A DNA stretch of 13,737 nucleotides from Tubiluchus corallicola (lineage: Eukaryota > Animalia > Priapulida): the NCBI GenBank assembly GCA_030141605.1, contig JAQGDQ010002133.1, positions 1 to 13,737 on the forward strand, given 5' to 3'. Below the pieces are notes generated by a model that was given only the letters and a program-made list of their open reading frames with translations, had not been told where the DNA came from and did not search any database. This document shows positions 11,796-13,737 of the stretch, one piece after another. Position numbers and translations under genes: made by a program. The first letter of the stretch is position 1, and each line of letters opens with the position of its first letter.

Positions 11796-13737
<1,942 letters not shown>

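Overview
Eukaryotic, AT-rich, probably metazoan genomic DNA. About 45% of the window is simple-sequence repeat, and almost all long ORFs in the supplied track are repeat artefacts. Reading splice sites by hand gives seven short + strand exons (1821/1848-1917, 2118-2162, 3603-3748, 5176-5253, 7080-7166, 9211-9315, 11521-11631) with GT-AG introns and compatible phases. They join without stops into about 214 aa of the N-terminus of a cadherin-superfamily protein: signal peptide, an atypical Cys-containing EC1, a DVNDAPYF linker and most of EC2. The layout is reminiscent of the PCDH15/Cad99C/CDHR group, and the gene continues beyond the window. Upstream of exon 1 lies a 1.5 kb (TATCTG)n hexamer array. 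The introns hold compound trinucleotide arrays, a (GTGAA)n pentamer array, a 1.25 kb degenerate (TTAGGG)n tract, a ~100 bp-arm inverted repeat, a 167 bp tandem duplication and a three-copy ~180 bp repeat. No prokaryotic system, CRISPR array, RNA gene or coding transposon is supported. No searches were run; family assignments come from motifs and recollection.
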